In this document: piece by piece, positions 48,935 through 57,419 of the stretch
How positions within the stretch are numbered: position 1 is the stretch's first letter
How the letters are laid out: every line of letters begins with the position of its first letter
NCBI GenBank assembly: GCA_963664825.1
Contig: OY761614.1
Coordinates: forward strand, 2,432,001 to 2,496,000
Direction of reading: 5' to 3'
DNA from: an uncultured Holophaga sp.
Lineage (GTDB): Bacteria; Acidobacteriota; Holophagae; Holophagales; Holophagaceae
Length of the DNA stretch: 64,000 bases
Notes under the pieces: generated by a model
What the model was told of the DNA's origin: nothing
Databases searched by the model: none
The model's input: only the letters and a program-made list of their open reading frames with translations
Translations under genes and position numbers: made by a program

Positions 48935-49723
48935 ATGCAGGTGGTTGCTGCCGGGCAGACGGACGTGGGGTGCGTCAGAAAGCATAACGAGGACAATTTC
49001 CTCGTCGATAACGAGCTAGGGCTCTTCGTGGTGGCTGACGGACTGGGAGGCCATGCGGCCGGCGAGGTCGCCAGCCAAATCACGGTCGAGCGGATCGGCC
49101 AGTTCATCGCCCAGACCGTGGAGCCGGACCGGACATGGCCCCATGATTACGACGCAAGCCTTCCCCACGATGGAAATCGGCTGAAGGCCGCACTCCTCCT
49201 CTCGGATCAGGCCATCCTGGACGATATTCGGAATCACCCCGAGCGGGAATCCATGGGATCCACTGTTGTGGCCTGTCTGGTCCAGGATGCTCGAATCACC
49301 CTGGTGCACGTGGGCGATAGCCGGGCCTATATATTGGATGGGAAGGGTATCCGCCAGATCACTCGGGATCATTCCTGGGTCGCCGAGCAGGTGGCCAATG
49401 GCATCCTCACCTCCGACGAAGCCCGGAAACACCCCTTCCGGAACGTCATCACCCAGGCCCTGGGTAATGGCGGGGATCTGGACGTTGCGGTCCAGGAAGT
49501 TCAAGCCAAGGAATTGGACCGGATTTTGCTTTGTTCCGATGGACTCTCGGGAATGGTTCAAGACACTGACATCTGGACTATCGTTCAGAATGCTCAAAAC
49601 CTTCAGCAGGCCGCCCGGGATTTGATTGAAAGAGCCAGAGATAACGGGGGAGAAGACAACATAACCGTGGTTATCATCGGTTTTGAACCGGGCGAACCAA
49701 GTCAACTCGGTGAAAAACCTTGA
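48935..49723 (+). CDS. PP2C-family Ser/Thr phosphatase (Stp1/PrpC-like)
   Basis: TDVG.VR..NED, VADGLGGH.AGEVAS, MGST, HVGDSRAY, LCSDGL, GGEDNIT. Confidence 0.95.
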   Translation: MQVVAAGQTDVGCVRKHNEDNFLVDNELGLFVVADGLGGHAAGEVASQITVERIGQFIAQTVEPDRTWPHDYDASLPHDGNRLKAALLLSDQAILDDIRNHPERESMGSTVVACLVQDARITLVHVGDSRAYILDGKGIRQITRDHSWVAEQVANGILTSDEARKHPFRNVITQALGNGGDLDVAVQEVQAKELDRILLCSDGLSGMVQDTDIWTIVQNAQNLQQAARDLIERARDNGGEDNITVVIIGFEPGEPSQLGEKP

Positions 49724-49747
49724 CGAGGGCAATCGCGACGTTAGAAT
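49720..49747 (+). promoter_or_regulatory. Sigma70-like promoter of the pilM operon
   Basis: TTGACG-N16-TAGAAT. Confidence 0.6.
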
Positions 49748-49779
49748 TTAATGCCAATAACTCTTAAGCGAGGCTCCCT

Positions 49780-50862
49780 GTGGGTCTTTTCGATAGCAAG
49801 AAAAAACTACTTGTCGGCTTGGATATCGGTTCGAGCTGCATAAAGGTCTGCGAACTGCAGGCCATCGGCAAGGGCAGCGGCCAGCGCTATCGGCTGCAGA
49901 AACTCGGTATTGCGCCCGTTCCCCACGACGCCATCGTCGATGGGGACATCATGGACAGCAACGCCGTTTCCACCGCCATCCGCCAAGTGCTCGCCGAACA
50001 GAAGATCAAGGCCAAGGACGTGGCGGTTTCCGTTTCGGGCCAGCAGGTGATGGTCAAAAAAGTGACCTTCCCCCTCATGAGCCCCGCGGAACTGGCGGAA
50101 TCCGTTCGTTGGGAGGCGGAGAGCTTCTTCCCCGCAGGCCAGGGCCTGGATTCCTATGCCTTGGATTTCGCGGTCATTGAGGAACGCCCGGGGGATGGCA
50201 ACATGGATGTGGTCCTCGTGGCCTGCCGCAAGGACAAGATGGAGGCTTATCTGACCTGCGTGGCCCAGGCTGGGGCCAGGCCTCTGGCCGTGGATGTGGA
50301 TGTCTTCGCCCTTCAGAACGCCTACGAAGCCAGTGCCTCCCCCGGGGCCCGGGACGAGGTGGTGGCTCTGGTGAATATCGGTGCGAATTTCACCAATATG
50401 ACCATGCTTGTCGGCAACCGGTCCGTTTTCTGGCGGGATATCGCTTGGGGAGGGCACCGCTTCACCGACAAACTCATGGAGGATTGGGGGGTCACCCGGG
50501 AAGGGGCTGAACTCCTCAAACAGGGGCAGGCCACGGAAGGGCGCACGCCCGAAGAGGTGGAACCCTCCCTCTCGGCCATCTCGGATTCCTTCGCCGACGA
50601 GCTCGGCCGGACCATCGACTTTTTCCGCTCCAGTTTCAAGGTGGATCGCCTCGACCGGGTGCTCCTCTCTGGAGGCAGCGCCAAGATCGTGGGGCTTACC
50701 GATATCCTCGGGGATCGTCTCCGGGTTTCAGTCGACCGATTCAATCCCTTCCAACTCATCGAGCTGGATGACCGCTCGGTGGATCCCGCCGCTGTTCGTG
50801 AGATTGGGAGTTCCGCTGCCATCGCGGTCGGATTGGCGCTTCGCCAAGTGGGGGACCGATGA
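49780..50862 (+). CDS. pilM: Type IV pilus assembly protein PilM
   Basis: VGLDIGSS.IK actin-like fold, VNIGA, LSGG.A, NPF, AVGLALR. Confidence 0.95.
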   Translation: MGLFDSKKKLLVGLDIGSSCIKVCELQAIGKGSGQRYRLQKLGIAPVPHDAIVDGDIMDSNAVSTAIRQVLAEQKIKAKDVAVSVSGQQVMVKKVTFPLMSPAELAESVRWEAESFFPAGQGLDSYALDFAVIEERPGDGNMDVVLVACRKDKMEAYLTCVAQAGARPLAVDVDVFALQNAYEASASPGARDEVVALVNIGANFTNMTMLVGNRSVFWRDIAWGGHRFTDKLMEDWGVTREGAELLKQGQATEGRTPEEVEPSLSAISDSFADELGRTIDFFRSSFKVDRLDRVLLSGGSAKIVGLTDILGDRLRVSVDRFNPFQLIELDDRSVDPAAVREIGSSAAIAVGLALRQVGDR

Positions 50863-51449
50863 TCAGGATCAATCTTCTTGGCGACACGCTCACTCAGGCG
50901 GTAGGAAAGAAGCCTGATAAGGCCGAGCCGGCCCAGGTTTATGCCCAGGGCGAGGGCTCCGGCCGCTCCAGTTTCCCCATCGCCGGTTTGCTGGTGGGTG
51001 TGGTCTGCGCCTGTATTGGCCTCGTCTATTACCTGACCCTCGAGCGGGACCTGCGCCAGGCCCAGGAGAAGGTCACCAAACTCGAGCAGGAGAAGCGGGA
51101 TCTTGCCAAGTACACGGCCCTGGAGAAGACCTTCCGTGCGCAGAAGGAATCCCTCGAGGCCAAGAAGAAGGTCATGCTCGGGTTGAAGACGGCCCAACAG
51201 TTGCCCGTGCACTTGCTGGAGGAACTGGCCAACGCGCTTCCGGATGACGTCTGGTTCAAGGAAGTCACCCAGAAGGGCATGGCGATCACCATCAAGGGGG
51301 AGAGCGGCAGCTATGAGGCCATCAATCTCTTCCGGAACAAACTCAACGAGCAGAACAAGTGGTTCGGGAATGTGACCTACCCCACGGCCAACAAGAAGGC
51401 TGGCGTGGTGGAATTCACCGTCTCCTTCGATCTCAAGAACCCAGCCTGA
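50859..51449 (+). CDS. pilN: Type IV pilus assembly protein PilN
   Basis: IRINLL motif, TM, coiled coil, LP.DVW. Confidence 0.92.
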   Translation: MIRINLLGDTLTQAVGKKPDKAEPAQVYAQGEGSGRSSFPIAGLLVGVVCACIGLVYYLTLERDLRQAQEKVTKLEQEKRDLAKYTALEKTFRAQKESLEAKKKVMLGLKTAQQLPVHLLEELANALPDDVWFKEVTQKGMAITIKGESGSYEAINLFRNKLNEQNKWFGNVTYPTANKKAGVVEFTVSFDLKNPA

Positions 51450-51457
51450 GGTAACCC

Positions 51458-52063
51458 ATGAACTCCCAACTACAGAAGCAAATTCTGGTCGGCGGGCTCG
51501 CGGGACTGCTCATCACCGTGCTTACCTGGGTTTTCCTCAGCGGCAAACGGGATGAACGCGCGGCCTTGAACGCGAGCATCGTATCGCTCCAGAAAGAGGT
51601 GAACACTGGCTATCAGCTCAAGGCCAATTACGAGACGCTGAAGGCCGAGGTCGCCAAACAGGAGAAGCTGATCGAGGAGCTGATCAAGCTGATGCCGACC
51701 GATACCGACAGGGGCGAGATCCCCTACCGCATCAAGAAACTGGCTGACCTCGCTGGAATCGAGTTGATTTCCTTCAACGTGGAAGGCGCGATCAAGAAGG
51801 ACTATTACACCGAGTACCCCTCTACCTTCACCTTCAAGGCGGGCTACCACTCCTTCGGACAGTTCGCCTCCCAAATTTCGGGCTACGACAAAATCGTCAA
51901 CGTCAGCGAGATGCAAATGAAGCGCGAACCGGGGAAGACCCTGTGGCCTGTCTCCATTATTTGCAAAATCAGCGCCTTCGTTTACAACCCTGCTCCTCCG
52001 AAGCCCGTTGCGCCTCCACCGGCAGCGGCTCCGGCGGCGAAGACCGCAGCTGCAGGAGACTGA
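51458..52063 (+). CDS. pilO: Type IV pilus assembly protein PilO
   Basis: TM, coiled coil, (L/M)P...E, YY.E.P, YH.FG.F; position in operon. Confidence 0.9.
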   Translation: MNSQLQKQILVGGLAGLLITVLTWVFLSGKRDERAALNASIVSLQKEVNTGYQLKANYETLKAEVAKQEKLIEELIKLMPTDTDRGEIPYRIKKLADLAGIELISFNVEGAIKKDYYTEYPSTFTFKAGYHSFGQFASQISGYDKIVNVSEMQMKREPGKTLWPVSIICKISAFVYNPAPPKPVAPPPAAAPAAKTAAAGD

Positions 52064-52069
52064 TCAGCC

Positions 52070-52549
52070 ATGGCACGCATAATCTCCATCATTCCTCTAT
52101 TGGTCCTCACCCTGGGCCTCGGCGCCCAGGCACCCAAGACTCCGGCCACGGGGAAGGAACAGGGGCCAGCGTCCCCGGTGGCCGCTCCCGTGGAGGCCAC
52201 GCCCTCCCAGGAAGAACTGATCCAGGTCAAACAGATTCCCTATCGGACCTCGCTCATTCGGGATCCCTTCAGCGCCCCCACGGATGTGGAACAGGCCAGC
52301 AAGGGCGATCTCGTGGACGATATCGGTGTCAAAGGCTGGCTCAGGGCGGGCGGAGTCTCGTACGCCGTGGTCTCCGATTCCCGGGGAAATACCAAGCGCC
52401 TGCCTATCGGCTACAAGTTCCGGGATGGCGAGATTGTCGGGATCAACGAGAAATCCGTTACCTTCCATCAGTGGGATGTCAGTTCAACCAACCGGTCCAC
52501 ATACAGGACAGTCGTGAAGACGTTTAAGCGCGAGGAGGGAAAACGATGA
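52070..52549 (+). CDS. pilP: Type IV pilus assembly protein PilP-like
   Basis: Signal peptide, Y....RDPF motif, between pilO and pilQ. Confidence 0.8.
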   Translation: MARIISIIPLLVLTLGLGAQAPKTPATGKEQGPASPVAAPVEATPSQEELIQVKQIPYRTSLIRDPFSAPTDVEQASKGDLVDDIGVKGWLRAGGVSYAVVSDSRGNTKRLPIGYKFRDGEIVGINEKSVTFHQWDVSSTNRSTYRTVVKTFKREEGKR

Positions 52550-54576
52550 ATGCTCGCCTGAGTTCCATGCTGGTTGCAGGGGGCGTGGTCCTGGCGGCCA
52601 TCCCGTCTGGATCGCTCCTGGCCGCACCCTCTGAACGGGAAGCTTCGATTCCTGCGAGCACCCTCCAGGGAGCCGCCCTCGAGCCCGGTGGCAGCGTTCT
52701 GAACCTGACCATCCCCAATTACACCGGGCAGCCGCGGCTGCAGGTCCTGGGTAACCCCCATCGGGTCGTGCTCGACCTGCCGGGCGTGAACCGGGGCACC
52801 TCGGTGACTCGGAAGGAGATTGCCGCCCTTTCCCAGGGCCTCATTCACAAATCCAGGCTGGCCCAGTTCGCCACGGATCCCCTCCCCATCACCAGGCTCG
52901 TGCTGGAGGTGTCCAAGGGCACCCAGGTGGCCGTCTCCCTCTGCGAGGGTGGCGTGAAGGTATCCCTGGAGGTGGGTTCTGGAAAGGTGGAGGCTCGTCT
53001 GCTCCCTGTTCTCCCTATGCCCGCCAAGGTGGCTCCCCTGGAGACGGAAACCGTGGTGGCCAAGGCCCAGGTCGCTGAAATCCCAGTGGCACCCGAAGCC
53101 GCGCCAGCCAAGGTCGCCACTCCCCTTCTCCCCGTTCCTGCTATCGGAATGCCCTTCCAGTCCTTGCCGAGCCTCGCGGTTTCCGCGCTTCTGCCGACGA
53201 CTCCGGGCATGGCTCAGGAAAAGTCACTGACCCATCAGTCCGCTTCCCGTGAAGATAATCGCGCCGGCAGGACGCTGGGGGATTCCCAGCTGCGCTACAC
53301 CGGGACCCGGATGACCATCGATGCCAAGGGCACCGATATCCAGGATTTCCTGCGCCTCATCGCCGAAGTGGCCAAGCTGAACCTGATCGCCGACCAGGAC
53401 GTGCAGGGCCTCTACACCTTCCGGTTCGTCGAAACCCCCTGGGACCAAGTGCTGGACATGATCCTGAAGCACGCGGGACTCGGCAAGGAAATCAGCAACG
53501 GGGTCATCCGGGTCGCCAAGGTCGAGAAGCTCCAGAAAGAAGAAGAGGATCGCAAGCGTCTCGATGACGCCAAGGCTCTGGCGGGGGATGTTCAGAGCAT
53601 CACGCGTCCCCTTTCCTTCGCCAAGGTCAGTGAGGTCAAGCCCATCCTGGAAAGGGTCATCACGAAGCGGGGCAGCATCATCATCGATGAGCGCACCAAT
53701 ACGCTGATCATCGCGGACCTGCCTCGGAATATCTTCCTGATCGATGACCTCATCGCCCAGTTGGATGTCCAGATTCAGCAGGTGCAAATCGAGGCTCGGG
53801 TGGTGGAGGCCTCCAAGAATTTCGAGCGGGACTTTGGCGTCAAATGGCCCACCTCCAATTCGGGCGATAGCAAGCTGACCGTCAATGGCTCGGACGCGGC
53901 CTGGGGCACCTATGGCGCCGCGCCTTCCTGGAATAGTGCCGGCGGCTTCAATCGATCCTCTTCCGGTCAGTCGGTGGGGGCGGCTTATTCCGGAGGCAAA
54001 TCCGGAGTGACCGATATTGCAGGTGCCGCCGGAGAATTCTGGGTCTCCTTCCTGAGCAACAAGATGAGCGTGAACTTCATCCTTCAGGCCCTGGAAAAGG
54101 AAGGCAAGGTCAAGATCGTCTCCACGCCCAAGGTTGTCACCCAGAACAACAAGAAGGCCAAGATCCTCTCCGGTGAAAAGATCCCCTATCCTTCCCAGCA
54201 GGGGGGCGCCGCCGGAGGCGCGATCACCGTGGCCTTCATCGATGCGAACCTGGAACTCGATGTGACGCCCCAGATCACCAATGACGGCACCATCATCATG
54301 GATATCAAGGTGGAGAAGTCCGAGGCCGATTTCAGCCGCACGGTCCAGGGTTCGCCCACGATCCTGCGGAAAGAGATCGAGACCCAGGTCCTGGTCAAGG
54401 ATGGAGGCACGGCTGTGCTCGGCGGTGTCTACACCAATAACACCACCATCGGAACCACGGGGGTTCCCTTCCTCTCCAAGATCCCCGTCCTGGGCATGCT
54501 CTTCCGGAGCAAGACCAATAGCGATCAGACGGCCGAACTGCTGATCTTCATCACGCCGCGCATCATCAAGTCCTAG
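52546..54576 (+). CDS. pilQ: Type IV pilus secretin PilQ (with AMIN-like domain)
   Basis: P.RVVLDL (AMIN), PWDQ.LD, DERTN.LII, QV.IEAR.VE, GVPFLSKIP.LG.LF, ELLIFITPRI. Confidence 0.95.
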   Translation: MNARLSSMLVAGGVVLAAIPSGSLLAAPSEREASIPASTLQGAALEPGGSVLNLTIPNYTGQPRLQVLGNPHRVVLDLPGVNRGTSVTRKEIAALSQGLIHKSRLAQFATDPLPITRLVLEVSKGTQVAVSLCEGGVKVSLEVGSGKVEARLLPVLPMPAKVAPLETETVVAKAQVAEIPVAPEAAPAKVATPLLPVPAIGMPFQSLPSLAVSALLPTTPGMAQEKSLTHQSASREDNRAGRTLGDSQLRYTGTRMTIDAKGTDIQDFLRLIAEVAKLNLIADQDVQGLYTFRFVETPWDQVLDMILKHAGLGKEISNGVIRVAKVEKLQKEEEDRKRLDDAKALAGDVQSITRPLSFAKVSEVKPILERVITKRGSIIIDERTNTLIIADLPRNIFLIDDLIAQLDVQIQQVQIEARVVEASKNFERDFGVKWPTSNSGDSKLTVNGSDAAWGTYGAAPSWNSAGGFNRSSSGQSVGAAYSGGKSGVTDIAGAAGEFWVSFLSNKMSVNFILQALEKEGKVKIVSTPKVVTQNNKKAKILSGEKIPYPSQQGGAAGGAITVAFIDANLELDVTPQITNDGTIIMDIKVEKSEADFSRTVQGSPTILRKEIETQVLVKDGGTAVLGGVYTNNTTIGTTGVPFLSKIPVLGMLFRSKTNSDQTAELLIFITPRIIKS

Positions 54577-54593
54577 CGGGTATCGAGACATAA

Positions 54594-54622
54594 GAGAAAG
54601 GGCCCCGATCGGGGCCCTTCTC
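54594..54622. terminator. Terminator after pilQ
   Basis: AAGGGCCCC-GATC-GGGGCCCTT. Confidence 0.7.
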
Positions 54623-54641
54623 GTGCATGGGGTCCTGGAGG

Positions 54642-54857
54642 CTACTCTTTCGGCAGAGGAAGGGTGCGGACCAGGCGCTTGCAGGCATTGCAGAGGATCG
54701 TGTAGGTGTCGGGGATCTCGCAATGATAGGCGAAGCCGGGCCCCTCCATGGGCTCCTGGGCGACCTTCTCGAGGTGGCCAAAGTGGTATTCGGCGATGCG
54801 GACGCTCTGGGGCGCGGTGAGGTCCGCTCCGCAGTTGGGACAGGTAGTGGCTGCCAT
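54642..54857 (-). CDS. Small zinc-ribbon-like protein (CxxC...CxxC)
   Basis: AAGGAG RBS; CPNC and CNAC pairs. Confidence 0.7.
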   Translation of the reverse strand: MAATTCPNCGADLTAPQSVRIAEYHFGHLEKVAQEPMEGPGFAYHCEIPDTYTILCNACKRLVRTLPLPKE

Positions 54858-54879
54858 GCTGGCTCCTTTAAGGGGGGAT

Positions 54880-55032
54880 CTAGCTCAGAACGAAGTGCCA
54901 GAACGCGAAGGCGATCAGTCCCAGGATGAGAAGTCCGATCGTCACGCGCAGAATTACCTTTCCGATTCTATAGGCAAGCCAGAGCGCGAGAAATAGGACT
55001 GCAAGCAGGATCAGGATCTTGAATGTCGTCAT
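54880..55032 (-). CDS. 50-aa two-helix membrane protein (below the ORF-track cutoff)
   Basis: MTTFKILILLAVLFLALWLAYRIGKVILRVTIGLLILGLIAFAFWHFVLS; purine-rich RBS; 22 bp upstream of the zinc-ribbon gene. Confidence 0.7.
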   Translation of the reverse strand: MTTFKILILLAVLFLALWLAYRIGKVILRVTIGLLILGLIAFAFWHFVLS

Positions 55033-55336
55033 TGTCTCTTTCCGTCCGGGGTCCCAGGAAAGATCCCTCTTCCACTCTTGCGGCCCCCTTCGCCTTTGGC
55101 CACCTTTTCCTCGAGAATTTCGGGAAGGGAATCAGGAGCTCCTTCGGAAGCGTGAAGGAATGGGGCGACTCGAGAGAAGGGCCCGAGAAATGTGGGAATC
55201 GCGTTCACGGGTTGCTGCGGCCTGGGAGACTCCCTGAGGATATGATGAAGGTTCCCACCCGGGCAAGCCAGGGACAGATCGATTTGCCTCGGCCCGCAGC
55301 CCTTCCTTTCGTTCCCCATGCCGAGACGATTTCTTC

Positions 55337-56269
55337 ATGCTGATCGACTACGCCGCCATTACCCACCAGGGTCGGGTCCGCAAGAACAATGAGGATGCCT
55401 ATCTGGTGAGTGCCCTGGATGGCGAAGAACCCCATATCAATTCCCTCAGTCGCACGCCCAAAGTCTGCCAAGTGGGCCTCCTGGCGGCGGTGGCCGATGG
55501 GATGGGGGGGGCCGCCGCCGGGGAGATCGCCAGCCGGGAAGGGCTCGCCTCCATCTCCGTGTGCCTCTTTGGGCATTGGGGACGCTTTCCCGCGGCCACG
55601 GCCACCGAAGCGGGGCTGTGCCGGTCCCTCCTCGGAGCCGCCGAAGAAGCCAGCGCGGCCGTCCTCCGGTATTCCGATGCGGAGCGCAGCGCCCGCGGCA
55701 TGGGCTCCACCCTCACGGCTTCCGTCATCTGGAACGGCCATCTCTATCTCTGCCAAGTGGGCGATAGCCGCGCCTACTTGTATCGGCGACCTCACATGCT
55801 GCAACTGACCCAGGACCAGACCCTCGTCAATGATCTGATCGCCTCGGGCTCCCTGACCCGGGATCAGGCCCGGACCCATCCCCAGCGGAGCATGATCACC
55901 CAGGCTCTGGGCAGTCCCCAGCCCCTCAAGGCGGTGCTGAGCAAGGTGGTCCTGCGGCGAGGGGATCGCCTCCTAATCTGCAGTGATGGTCTCCATGGCG
56001 AGGTGGGAGATGGTGATCTGCAGGGTATCTTCGAACGCGGCTACTCACCTCGGCGCAGTCTCGAGCTTATGCTGGAGGCTGCCCTGGACCATGGCGGCCG
56101 GGACAATATCACGGGTATCCTCCTCAGTCTGGATGATCCAGCCTTCCCGTTGCCCCTTCCGGGCGAGGCCATCCAGATCATCACCCCAGACCCTGAGACC
56201 ATTGGATCCAATGGCCGTGGAAACAACGTTTTCGCTCGCATCGGGCGCATTTTTTCGGGCAGGACATGA
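55337..56269 (+). CDS. PP2C-family Ser/Thr phosphatase
   Basis: GRVRKNNED, VADGMGG..AGE.AS, MGST, VGDSRAY, CSDGL, GGRDNIT. Confidence 0.95.
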   Translation: MLIDYAAITHQGRVRKNNEDAYLVSALDGEEPHINSLSRTPKVCQVGLLAAVADGMGGAAAGEIASREGLASISVCLFGHWGRFPAATATEAGLCRSLLGAAEEASAAVLRYSDAERSARGMGSTLTASVIWNGHLYLCQVGDSRAYLYRRPHMLQLTQDQTLVNDLIASGSLTRDQARTHPQRSMITQALGSPQPLKAVLSKVVLRRGDRLLICSDGLHGEVGDGDLQGIFERGYSPRRSLELMLEAALDHGGRDNITGILLSLDDPAFPLPLPGEAIQIITPDPETIGSNGRGNNVFARIGRIFSGRT

Positions 56270-56883
56270 GCCTTCTTCAGGGATCCCTCTCTCTTCGTCG
56301 CTTTCTCGTGCTGGGGCCGGTTCCCGGGGAACAGGATCTGGTGGAAGGCCTCCGGCAGGACCAGTTCCGGCCCTTCCAGGACGGCTTGGAGGAGGAGCGC
56401 CTGGGATGGTGCGACTGGCGCAATCCGCTCATCTGCCCTCCGGATGGGGATTGGGTGGTCCAGGAGCGCTTCGCGATCTTCGGGCTGCGGATCGATACCC
56501 GGCGAGTTCCCCCGAGCCTCCTCAAGGCCCATGTGGATCTGCGCACCCAGCAGTTGATGAAGGAGAAGGATCTGGCCTTCGTCGGCAAGGAGGCCCGCAT
56601 CAGTCTTCAGGACGAAATCAAGGTCGAACTGCTGCTCAAGGTCCTGCCTACTCCCAAGGTGATCGAGGTGGCCTGGGACCTCAAGGGCGGCGTCCTGTGG
56701 ACCACTGCCTCCACGAGCAAGACCCAGGGCGCGCTCGTGGGGCTGTTCATGAAGTCCTTCGGATGCGAACTGCAGCCTCTGGCGCCCTTGCTGCTCGCCG
56801 GGCGGCTCACCCCGCAGATCCCCGTGGAATCCCTGATGGCGCTCGATCCCCTGAATATTGAACTGGAAGAGGCTGGCCGATGA
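56266..56883 (+). CDS. RdgC-like protein, N-terminal part
   Basis: S..RF.V, F.PF.....E..GW, LRID.RRVP..LLK, LL.KVLP.P; typical of the RdgC family. Confidence 0.75.
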   Translation: MSLLQGSLSLRRFLVLGPVPGEQDLVEGLRQDQFRPFQDGLEEERLGWCDWRNPLICPPDGDWVVQERFAIFGLRIDTRRVPPSLLKAHVDLRTQQLMKEKDLAFVGKEARISLQDEIKVELLLKVLPTPKVIEVAWDLKGGVLWTTASTSKTQGALVGLFMKSFGCELQPLAPLLLAGRLTPQIPVESLMALDPLNIELEEAGR

Positions 56884-57419
56884 CGATGGAGTTGCTTGAA
56901 CAGGGGCGTTTCCTCGGCGAGGAATTCGCGCTTTGGTTGTGGATGCGCGGCCTCACGGAAGGCGGCACCAGCGGCGTGGAGGGCGATCTCAGCGCCTGTT
57001 TCGTGGATGATGCCGTGCAACTCGTGACGGAGCGCGGCGATGTGAAGGAACTCTCCATGCGCAAGGGCAACCCGGCGGAGAGCCGGGAGGCCTTCGAGGC
57101 CCTGTCCCGGGGGATGCGGCCCAGCAAGGCCAAGGTGCGGCTCCTTTCCGGCGACATGGAATGGACCTTCACCCTCAATACCTCCACCCTCGACACCAGC
57201 ACCATGAAACTTCCACCCACCCAGTCCAAGGATTCCGCAGGGCGCGTGGCGGATCGCCTCTTCCTCCTGGAAGAGGGGCTAGGCCACCTGGAACGGCGCT
57301 TTGCGGCCTTCCTGGAACTCCGCACCCAGGATCCGAGCGGCCTGGAAACTTCTCTCTGCGAATGGGTCCGAAGCGGGCTCAGTGGGATTTCGGCAGGCGA
57401 GGTGCCATGGGAGGAGTGA
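56880..57419 (+). CDS. RdgC-like protein, C-terminal part
   Basis: FLG.EF.LWLW, EA..AL..G..P, W.FTL, KLP, RL.L.E; ATGA overlap with the upstream gene. Confidence 0.7.
   Translation: MTMELLEQGRFLGEEFALWLWMRGLTEGGTSGVEGDLSACFVDDAVQLVTERGDVKELSMRKGNPAESREAFEALSRGMRPSKAKVRLLSGDMEWTFTLNTSTLDTSTMKLPPTQSKDSAGRVADRLFLLEEGLGHLERRFAAFLELRTQDPSGLETSLCEWVRSGLSGISAGEVPWEE

Noticed and set aside
55040..55330. Known ncRNA (6S, SRP or c-di-GMP riboswitch) in the long spacer
   Set aside because: Some pairing is possible (GCTGCGGCC with GGCCCGCAGC), but no diagnostic motif was recognised; an Rfam scan would be needed.
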